From an uncultured Rhodospirillales bacterium (GTDB lineage: Bacteria > Pseudomonadota > Alphaproteobacteria > CACIAM-22H2): DNA of 64,000 nt. The stretch spans positions 128,621 to 192,620 of the forward strand of contig CALANV010000018.1 in assembly GCA_937926175.1 (NCBI GenBank). Reading direction: 5' to 3'. The position numbers and the translations under genes are program-made. Of this stretch, positions 19,213 to 26,341 are shown piece after piece. Under the pieces are notes generated by a model. It saw only the letters and a program-made list of their open reading frames with translations. It searched no databases and was not told the DNA's origin. How positions within the stretch are numbered: position 1 is the first letter of the stretch; each line of letters begins with the position of its first letter.

Positions 19213-19905
19213 ATGCGCGCCCGGCTTCTATTCGTCGGTATCCTGGTCGCGACGATGCTCGCCGCGCGTCCGGCGGCCTCCGAGCGGCATGTCGACCTCG
19301 AGCTCGTCCTCGCCGTCGACTGTTCGCGCAGCATCGATGACCGCGAGTTCGCGCTGCAGATCCAGGGATATGCGGCGGCTTTCCGCCATCCCAGCGTGCT
19401 TCGCGCCATACAGTCCGGGACACATCGCGCGATCGCCGTGACCTACGTGCAATGGGCCGGCCCGTTCCTTCAGAACCAGACGATCGACTGGATGATCATC
19501 GACAGCGCCGAGACGGCGGCCACGTTCGCAACCGAAATGCTCGAGGTGCCGCGCACGTTTTCCGGCGGCGGCACGAGCCTGAGCGGGATCATCGATTTCG
19601 GCCGCACGCTGTTCGGCAAGCACGGAATTACGAGCAGCCGCCGCGTCATCGACATCTCCGGCGACGGCGTGAACAATTCCGGCCGGCTGGCCACGGCCGC
19701 GCGCGACGACGCCGTCCGCGAGGGCATCACCATCAACGGTCTCGCGATCCTCAGCGACATCGGCGCGCTCGACGTCTACTTCCGCGACAACGTCATCGGC
19801 GGCGAGGGTGCCTTCGTCATCGCCGCCGAGAACTTCGATGCCTTCGCCCAGGCGATCCTCAACAAGTTGATCCGCGAGATCGCCGAGGTCCCGGCCGACC
19901 GCTGA
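19213..19905 (+). CDS. DUF1194 family protein (vWA-like, secreted)
   Basis: 230 aa with a signal peptide and a MIDAS-like DCSRS motif, plus VIDISGDGVNNSG and ITINGLAI motifs characteristic of DUF1194. Confidence 0.7.
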   Translation: MRARLLFVGILVATMLAARPAASERHVDLELVLAVDCSRSIDDREFALQIQGYAAAFRHPSVLRAIQSGTHRAIAVTYVQWAGPFLQNQTIDWMIIDSAETAATFATEMLEVPRTFSGGGTSLSGIIDFGRTLFGKHGITSSRRVIDISGDGVNNSGRLATAARDDAVREGITINGLAILSDIGALDVYFRDNVIGGEGAFVIAAENFDAFAQAILNKLIREIAEVPADR

Positions 19906-19921
19906 CGCGGCAACCGCCGAC

Positions 19922-20632
19922 CTATTCCGCGAGCGCGACGACGATGCGGCGGTTGCGCCTGCCCTTGCTTTCGATCTTTTCGACCGCGACACGCCCGATC
20001 TCGCCGGTCGCGCGGACATGGGTGCCGCCGCAGGGCTGAAGGTCGACCCCCACGATGTCGAGAAGCCGCACCCGCCCCTGTCCCGTGGGCGGTTTGACCG
20101 ACATGGTCCGGACTAGCTCCGGCCTTGCGGCGAGTTCGTCGTCGGTGATCCAGCGCGGCACCACGTCGTGGTTGCCCGCGATCAACTCGTTCAGTTTTGC
20201 CGTGATCGCGTCCTTGTCGAGCACCATGTCGCCGGAATCGAAATCGAGACGGCTGCGCTCGGCGCCGACCTGCCCGCCGGTCACGCCGGCCGGCACCACC
20301 GCGCAAAGCAGGTGCAGGCATGTATGCATGCGCATGTGGCGATAGCGCCGCGCCCAGTCGATCGCCGCGACCACGCGCTCGCCCACGGCCGGAAGATCCT
20401 GGCCCGGTGCGGGAATGTGAACGATCTCGCCGGGCGCAGTGCCCTTGCGGGTATCGACGATCGCGATCGGACCGCCGTCGGCGCGCCGCAACACACCGCT
20501 GTCCCCCGGCTGACCGCCGCCCATCGGATAGAACACGGTGCGATCGAGCCGGATGCCTGCCTCGTCCACGGCGGTGACGGTGGCGTCGCACTCCGTCAGA
20601 TACGCGTCATCGCGGAACAGTTCCTCGGTCAT
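19922..20632 (-). CDS. alanyl-tRNA editing protein (AlaX-type, Thr/Ala-tRNA synthetase second additional domain)
   Basis: In-frame ATG 20632 gives MTEELFRDDAYLTECDATVTAV... The metal/editing motifs HTCLH (HxxxH) and CGGTH (CxxxH) are present. 236 aa. Confidence 0.8.
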   Translation of the reverse strand: MTEELFRDDAYLTECDATVTAVDEAGIRLDRTVFYPMGGGQPGDSGVLRRADGGPIAIVDTRKGTAPGEIVHIPAPGQDLPAVGERVVAAIDWARRYRHMRMHTCLHLLCAVVPAGVTGGQVGAERSRLDFDSGDMVLDKDAITAKLNELIAGNHDVVPRWITDDELAARPELVRTMSVKPPTGQGRVRLLDIVGVDLQPCGGTHVRATGEIGRVAVEKIESKGRRNRRIVVALAE

Positions 20633-20635
20633 CTG

Positions 20636-20650
20636 CCCCCCCCCCCCCCC
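20636..20650 (-). repeat. G15 homopolymer (C15 on + strand) 3 nt upstream of the alaX-like start codon
   Basis: Direct reading: 5 C at 20636-20640 plus 10 C at 20641-20650. On the coding strand this reads GAGAGC-G15-CAG-ATG. Confidence 0.95.
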
Positions 20651-20694
20651 GCTCTCGTCCATACATCCACTTCCACGCAATGCCCGACGCCCGC

Positions 20695-21690
20695 TCAGGC
20701 CGACTGGGCCGCGGCCCGGTCCTCGACGTCGGCCTCGGCAAGGACGGCGGCAAAGACCTCGCGGTCGACGTTGCCGCCCGAAAGAACGAGGCCGATCCGC
20801 CTGCCGGCATTCAGCCGACGTTCCTTGAGCGCGGCGGCAAGCGGCGCCGCCCCGGCACCCTCGGCGACGTTGTGCGTATCGCTGAAATAGGCGCGCATCG
20901 CGGCGCGAATCTCGGCCTCGCTGACGGTGACGACGCGCGCGGCACGTTTCAGGATGACGGCGAGCGCATCGGGATTGGGAACGCGGCATGCCATGCCGTC
21001 GGCGATCGTGTCGGCGCTGTTGGTGCTGACCGGCCGTCCGGATGCGAACGAGAGCGCGTAGGCGGCGGCGCGCTCGGCCACCACGCCGACGACCTCGGTA
21101 CGCAACCCGAGCGCGTCACGCGCCGCGATCACACCGCAGATGCCCGAGCCGAGCCCGATCGGCACGTAGACACGGTCAAGCTCGCCCGCCGCGCGGAACA
21201 GCTCGAGCGCATATGACGCGACGCCGCGGACGAGGTCGGGGGCAAAGGATTCGACGAAGAAGAGGCCGCGCGCGGCGGCGAGTTCGCGCGCATGCTCGAA
21301 CGCCGCCTGGAAATCGGCCCCGTGCACGATCAGCTCTGCCCCCAAGGCGCGCATGGCCGCGTTCTTCTCGACGCTGTTGCCGACAGGTACGACGATCGTC
21401 GCGGCGAGCCCGACGCGCCCGGCGGCAAAGGCGACGCTCTGGCCATGATTGCCGCGCGTCGCAGCGATCACGCCCGCGAGCCCCGGCCGGGCCGATTTCA
21501 GCGCCGCCATGTACACGATCCCGCCGCGCACCTTGAAGGCGCCGAGCGGCGTATGGTTCTCGTGCTTGACCCAGACTTCGGCGCCGACCCGCGCCGCGAG
21601 AAGAGGCCAACGGTACTGCGGCGTCGGCGGCAGCACCGCGTAGACCTGCCGCGCTGCGGCTTCGAGCTCATCGAGCGTGAACGACATCAT
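20695..21690 (-). CDS. PLP-dependent threonine/serine dehydratase family protein
   Basis: PLP-lysine motif HTPLGAFKVRGG, then ATRGNHGQSVAFAA. The start is taken at MMSFTLDEL (ATG 21690); the ORF track extends to 21729. Confidence 0.8.
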   Translation of the reverse strand: MMSFTLDELEAAARQVYAVLPPTPQYRWPLLAARVGAEVWVKHENHTPLGAFKVRGGIVYMAALKSARPGLAGVIAATRGNHGQSVAFAAGRVGLAATIVVPVGNSVEKNAAMRALGAELIVHGADFQAAFEHARELAAARGLFFVESFAPDLVRGVASYALELFRAAGELDRVYVPIGLGSGICGVIAARDALGLRTEVVGVVAERAAAYALSFASGRPVSTNSADTIADGMACRVPNPDALAVILKRAARVVTVSEAEIRAAMRAYFSDTHNVAEGAGAAPLAAALKERRLNAGRRIGLVLSGGNVDREVFAAVLAEADVEDRAAAQSA

Positions 21691-21902
21691 CGCCGCCGAG
21701 AATACCGCGAACCCCGGCCGTGCCCGCAAGCCTCGGCATGTATCCAGACATTTGATGCGGCCGAGCTGAGTTGCGCCGAACGATCCCGGCCTGCCGGACC
21801 GGATGGAACTGTGCCGCAGCGCACGCCGAGGACGTTGCGCCCAAGGCGCCCGCTGCGGCCGAGGAGCGGAACAATTCGTGTGCGCAAATATTTTAGTCCG
21901 GC

Positions 21903-23057
21903 ATGTTCACCATCAACGATCTGCGCACCCTCATGGGCCAGACGGCCCGCCCCGCCGTTTCCATTTTCCTTCCCACCCACGTTCGAGGCCGTGAAATCCG
22001 CCAGGACCCGATCCGGCTGAAAAATCTGCTGAGCGAGGCCGAGGCGCAGCTCGTCGCGCGCGGCCAGCGCGCGGAAGCCGCGCGCGACATGCTCAAACCC
22101 GCACGCGACCTGCTCGACGACGGCCCGTTCTGGCGGCACCAGGACCAGGGCCTTGCCCTGTTCCTCGCCCCGGGCGTCTTTCACCGCTATCACGTTCCGC
22201 TGGTGCTACCGGAACGCGTGTTCGTCGGGCCGTTCTTCCACATCAAGCCGCTCCTGAATCTGCTGGCGGTCGACGGACGCTTCCTGGTGCTGACGATCAG
22301 CAACGCGCGCACACGCCTGTTCGAGTGCTCGCGTTTCAAACTGACGGAACGTACGGACCTGAACGTGCCGCACGGCGTCGAGGCCATCGTGCAGGAGACC
22401 GAGTATCAGGAGATGCTCGATGCCAACCCGGTGGGGCGCAAACGGGCCGGCATGACGGGCGGCGTGCAAGGCTCGCAAAGCCTGGGCGAGGATCCGGAAC
22501 AGGTCCGCAAGAACCAGCAGATCGAGTATCTGCGTCGCGTCGCGGCCGGCATCGATACGGCCCTTGGCGGCGACGACGCCCCGGTCGTGCTGGCGGCCGA
22601 GAGTCAGATCCGCGGTCACTTCAAGAAGATCAGCGGACTCGAGCCCGTGAGCGAACTGGAACTGAACCCCGATGCATTCGAGCCGGGAGAGCTGCACCAG
22701 CTCGCCTTCGAGCAGATCCGGCCACATTTTCTCGATACGCGCCGGCGTGCGCTCGACCAATTCAACACGCTGCTCGGCAACAACGACCCGCGCGCCGGCA
22801 TCCGCGTCGAAGACATCGTCAAGGGGGCCCGCTATGCCCGTGTCGAGATACTGTTCGTCGCGGACGGTGAACACCTGTGGGGCCAGTTCGACGAGAAAAC
22901 GGGTCAAGTGACGGTACACGGCCGACCGAACGGCGACGACTGCGACCTGCTCGACTACGCCGCCGCACAGACGCTGCTCAATGGCGGTCGCGTCGACCTG
23001 CTGCCGCGCGCGGAGATGCCACGCGGCGCGCTCGCCGCAGCGATCTTCCGGTATTGA
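21903..23057 (+). CDS. baeRF-like protein (bacterial homologue of archaeo-eukaryotic release factor eRF1/Pelota), tentative
   Basis: 384-aa ORF with good coding character. By recollection, the N-terminus (PAVSIFLPTHVRGREIRQDPIRLKNLL) resembles the baeRF3-type family. A Gly/Gln loop MTGGVQGSQS sits at residues ~184-193, where eRF1-like proteins carry GGQ. No search was run. Confidence 0.45.
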   Translation: MFTINDLRTLMGQTARPAVSIFLPTHVRGREIRQDPIRLKNLLSEAEAQLVARGQRAEAARDMLKPARDLLDDGPFWRHQDQGLALFLAPGVFHRYHVPLVLPERVFVGPFFHIKPLLNLLAVDGRFLVLTISNARTRLFECSRFKLTERTDLNVPHGVEAIVQETEYQEMLDANPVGRKRAGMTGGVQGSQSLGEDPEQVRKNQQIEYLRRVAAGIDTALGGDDAPVVLAAESQIRGHFKKISGLEPVSELELNPDAFEPGELHQLAFEQIRPHFLDTRRRALDQFNTLLGNNDPRAGIRVEDIVKGARYARVEILFVADGEHLWGQFDEKTGQVTVHGRPNGDDCDLLDYAAAQTLLNGGRVDLLPRAEMPRGALAAAIFRY

Positions 23058-23118
23058 GAGCCTGGTCGCGTCGCCCACGTGCCGGCCCCTTACCGGCGCG
23101 ACGGACCGGGAAACCGCC

Positions 23119-23349
23119 GGGACACGACGACGACCGGGTATGGGACCGTGTCCCGAGACAGCGTTCCGGAACACGGTGCTCCACCGTCCCACCCGCCACA
23201 TCTATCGGGCCGGCGTCGGCTGCGAGTCCAACCGACATTTCAATGCGTTGCCTCGTTTCACGCGACCGGCGTCGCAGCCGTTTGCGGGACAAGCGGGACA
23301 CCGGAACCGCGGGACAGCGGGGCGCTGGGACCGTGGGACACCTGGGACA
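23119..23349. repeat. cluster of GGGAC(A) motifs in a gene-free gap between convergent genes
   Basis: GGGAC starts at 23119, 23142, 23286, 23295, 23311, 23327, 23335 and 23344. Inverted GTCCC copies lie at 23150 and 23186. 23142..23154 forms GGGAC-CGT-GTCCC. In the core array 23284..23349, GCGGGACA occurs 3 times and TGGGAC 3 times. Confidence 0.8.
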
Positions 23350-23554
23350 ACGGCACCTGCGGAAGCCGGTCCAAACGAAACGCCCGCCTTTAGCCTTTCG
23401 ACCCGGCGGGCGCACCGATCCGGCCCCGAGGACACCACGAACCGGCCATCCCTCAACCCACGGTGGTCGTGAAACGCTGGCGCATTCAGGCCGTCGCGCG
23501 ATGAGGAACACCATCGCGTCTACCGGGTCGAACACCGCCCCTCGCCCTAAGCCT

Positions 23555-25159
23555 CTAGCCGTTGCGCGATCCGTGCCGAAACCTCTCCGGCGCGTCGTGC
23601 GGTCGTCCCACGCCGAACGGCAAGATCGCGACAGTCCATCGCAGCGCGTCGCGAATCATCTGCCGCTCCGGATCGCCGGCGAGACCAAGGTAGCCGGTCA
23701 TGTACACCACGGCACCGGCAGCCGCCGTCGCGACGAGCGAGACGACGGAGTGCGTTTCGACGACCCAGCCCGAAACATGAAGCAGGGCCGCCATCGGCAC
23801 GGCCGGCAACAGGGCAGGCAGAAGAATCTGCCCGATCACGTCGCGCATGCCGACGCCGAGCATTCGGTTCACGTATGGCAGCACGAAGCCGAGACAGACC
23901 GCCGCGGTCGGGACGAGGGTGCCGACCGCCACACCCACGGCGCCATAGGGCCGGACGAGCAGCAGCGAGAGGATCAGAATCGCAACCGCCATCACGACCG
24001 TGGCGACGGCGAGAAGATGATGCCGCGCCATGCCCCGCAGGATGAACGTGCCCGGCCATTGACTGGTCTCGATGGCGATCGCCAGCGTGAGGATGACGAC
24101 GAGCGGGGCATGAGCGGCATAGTCCGGGCCGATCCAGACCGTCAGCGTCGATCCGGCGAGCGCGATGAGCGGCCCCGCGACGAGCGTCAGGGCCGCGAGC
24201 GTCAGGCGACTGGCAACGAGATAAAGCGACCGCAGCCGGCGCATATCCTCTTCGGCATGAAGCTGCGAGGCGAGCGGCACGAGGATCTTGAGGAACTGGT
24301 CGCTGACGACCTGGGGAAGAAGGCTCAACCGGCGCGCCACGGCATAAGGGGCGACGGTGCCCGCCGACAGGAACGCACCGATGACGATTTCCGCCCCTTT
24401 CATCTGCACGAGAAAGGCCGCTTGCATGGCGAACATCGACGAGCTGAAGGTCACGACCTTGCGCACGACGCCGCGCCGCGCTCCCCGCCATCCGAAACGG
24501 AGCTCGGGCGCAAGGCGGCGCACGCACCATGCGGTGAGGCCGTGGACGCCGAACGATGCGAGCATGCTCGCAATCGCGATCTCGATGAGACCGCCGCCGC
24601 GCAACACGATCCACACGATCGCCGCAGCCGACACGAGCTGGCCGAACACGCTGACCGCATTGAGGACGCCGAACCGCTGCAGCCCCCGCAGGATCGCCGC
24701 GAAGACGGCACATGGAATCGAGATCGCGGCCTGAACGCCGACGAGCAGGACCAGAATCTCTGCCGTCGCGTGCAAGGATGCCGGTATCGCAAACAGATCG
24801 GGGAAGATCGGCGCGAAGGCGGCGCTGAGCATCAGCGCGGCCACACCCAGAACGGCGTAGAGACGGAATGCGGCGGCGATGACCTCGTTCGTGCGCGCGT
24901 GCTCGCCCCGGGCGCGATGCTCCGCGACATACTTGGTTATGGCATCGGCAATGCCGAGATCGAGCAGGCCGACGTAGGCAAGAGTCGAACCGACGAGGAT
25001 CCAGAGCCCATATTGGAGTTCGCCGAGCCGGTGCAGGAGAAACGGCATGAGCAGAAACGCCAGCACCACCGTGACCAGCTTGCCTGCGGCATTGCCGGCC
25101 GTCGCGATCAGAACCTGTCGGCGGATCGCGACCGCAGCATCCGGTGGGTGAGCAGCCAT
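23555..25159 (-). CDS. polysaccharide flippase, MOP/Wzx family
   Basis: 534-aa highly hydrophobic multi-TM ORF with an N-terminus typical of oligosaccharide flippases (GNAAGKLVTVVLAFLLMPFLLHRLGELQYGLW). It is the last gene of the glycosyltransferase cluster. Confidence 0.7.
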   Translation of the reverse strand: MAAHPPDAAVAIRRQVLIATAGNAAGKLVTVVLAFLLMPFLLHRLGELQYGLWILVGSTLAYVGLLDLGIADAITKYVAEHRARGEHARTNEVIAAAFRLYAVLGVAALMLSAAFAPIFPDLFAIPASLHATAEILVLLVGVQAAISIPCAVFAAILRGLQRFGVLNAVSVFGQLVSAAAIVWIVLRGGGLIEIAIASMLASFGVHGLTAWCVRRLAPELRFGWRGARRGVVRKVVTFSSSMFAMQAAFLVQMKGAEIVIGAFLSAGTVAPYAVARRLSLLPQVVSDQFLKILVPLASQLHAEEDMRRLRSLYLVASRLTLAALTLVAGPLIALAGSTLTVWIGPDYAAHAPLVVILTLAIAIETSQWPGTFILRGMARHHLLAVATVVMAVAILILSLLLVRPYGAVGVAVGTLVPTAAVCLGFVLPYVNRMLGVGMRDVIGQILLPALLPAVPMAALLHVSGWVVETHSVVSLVATAAAGAVVYMTGYLGLAGDPERQMIRDALRWTVAILPFGVGRPHDAPERFRHGSRNG

Positions 25160-25602
25160 TCCAATGCTCCAAATATGACGCCGGTGGCATACGGCGCGTC
25201 GCCGGCGGCCAGATGCGGCGCCCGGCGCGACCGGGAAAGCGCGCGGACGATGGCACCGAACCAGCCCGGCGGCGCGAGAACATCGTCATGCGTGAAGACC
25301 AGAAGGTCGTGACGGGCGGCGACGACGCCCCTGTTGTTGGCACGGCTCAAGCCAACCGAGCGGGTCCTCAAGTACCGGATGCCGCACAGGCGCGCAGTAC
25401 GCAGGCAGGACAGGCGCGGGTGCCGCGCGTCGCTCTGGTCCACGATTATCAGCTCCGCCGGCACGTCCTCGCCCGCCAGGATCGAGGCGGCCGCGGCCTT
25501 GAGGCGATCGGGGCGATTGCGCGTGGCGATGATCAGCGATGCGGGCGACAGAGACGGCTGCATCGGTGACGGCGTTGCGGCGGCGTCATCGACCCGGGGC
25601 AT
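25108..25602 (-). CDS. short or truncated family-2 glycosyltransferase
   Basis: GT2 N-terminal motifs are present (SLIIATRNRPDRL, DQSD, LLVFTHDDVLAPPGW). The ORF has only ~165 aa, and its last 52 nt overlap the flippase start. Confidence 0.5.
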   Translation of the reverse strand: MPRVDDAAATPSPMQPSLSPASLIIATRNRPDRLKAAAASILAGEDVPAELIIVDQSDARHPRLSCLRTARLCGIRYLRTRSVGLSRANNRGVVAARHDLLVFTHDDVLAPPGWFGAIVRALSRSRRAPHLAAGDAPYATGVIFGALEWLLTHRMLRSRSADRF

Positions 25603-25624
25603 AAATCGGCCTCGCCCGACGCCA

Positions 25625-26341
25625 TCACGTCTTGACGGCCCGGATGGCGACGACAAGGGGGAAGCGGTCGTCGGCCGTATCGAGCTCGCGCGCGGAAAGC
25701 TCTTCCGCCGCCATTCCGAACAGGAAGGCGGCCCCGACCAGGACGTTCCCGTAGGTGCGTATCGTCAGCTGATCGGGGGTGAACAGCCGTCCAAAGAGCT
25801 CACCGCACGACGCGGCGGTGAATCGCCAGTAGTCCTTTTCGCACGCCAGCCGACTGACCGACGGCACCGTGACGAGAAGCACGCCGCCGGGACGCAAAAT
25901 CCGGTGCGCGTGGGCAAGCGCGGCGCGCGTGTCGTAGATAAGCTGAAGCGTCTGGGTCAGAATGAAGCAGTCGAACTGTCCGGACGGAATCGAATGCGCC
26001 GCGGCCAGATCGGCGTAGATCGTTGCTTCGGCATTCGACGTGTCGATATCGAGCACGTCGCTGCGCTCGACGGCGACGCCGAACCGGCTCGTATAACGCC
26101 TGTCCCTTACCTCGAGCACATGGCCGCGAATGTCGCCGCGATGCTCGGCGATGAACCGCTCGATGAAATACCGATCGACCGGCGTCCCCCGTTCGGCGCC
26201 CCAATGGTCGCTCAGGGGTGTCGTCCGACGAAGGGTGCCGAAGGACGCCGGACGCCGCAGACGGCAGAGCCGTTGGCGCAGCCGGTCCGGCGGCACGAAG
26301 GGAAAGAATGTGCGCACCAGAGTCACGACCGGGTCGTACAT
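25625..26341 (-). CDS. class I SAM-dependent methyltransferase
   Basis: HVLEVRDRRYTSRFG...FDCFILTQTLQLIYD...ILRPGGVLLVTVP (methyltransferase type 11/12-like). ATG 26341 is preferred over the ORF-track start 26413. Confidence 0.7.
   Translation of the reverse strand: MYDPVVTLVRTFFPFVPPDRLRQRLCRLRRPASFGTLRRTTPLSDHWGAERGTPVDRYFIERFIAEHRGDIRGHVLEVRDRRYTSRFGVAVERSDVLDIDTSNAEATIYADLAAAHSIPSGQFDCFILTQTLQLIYDTRAALAHAHRILRPGGVLLVTVPSVSRLACEKDYWRFTAASCGELFGRLFTPDQLTIRTYGNVLVGAAFLFGMAAEELSARELDTADDRFPLVVAIRAVKT

Noticed and set aside
23284-23349. Possible CRISPR array or minisatellite because of the repeated GGGACA units
   Set aside because: The units are only 6-8 nt long with irregular 8-16-nt spacing. 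There are no 25-40-nt repeats or spacers and no cas genes, so it is not CRISPR. I kept it as a motif cluster instead.
22877-25312. 811-aa plus-strand ORF, the longest in the track
   Set aside because: It runs antisense to the hydrophobic MOP/Wzx-type flippase gene and across the non-coding gap. Its composition is dominated by R, D, G, H and P with no recognisable motif. It is a typical high-GC shadow ORF.
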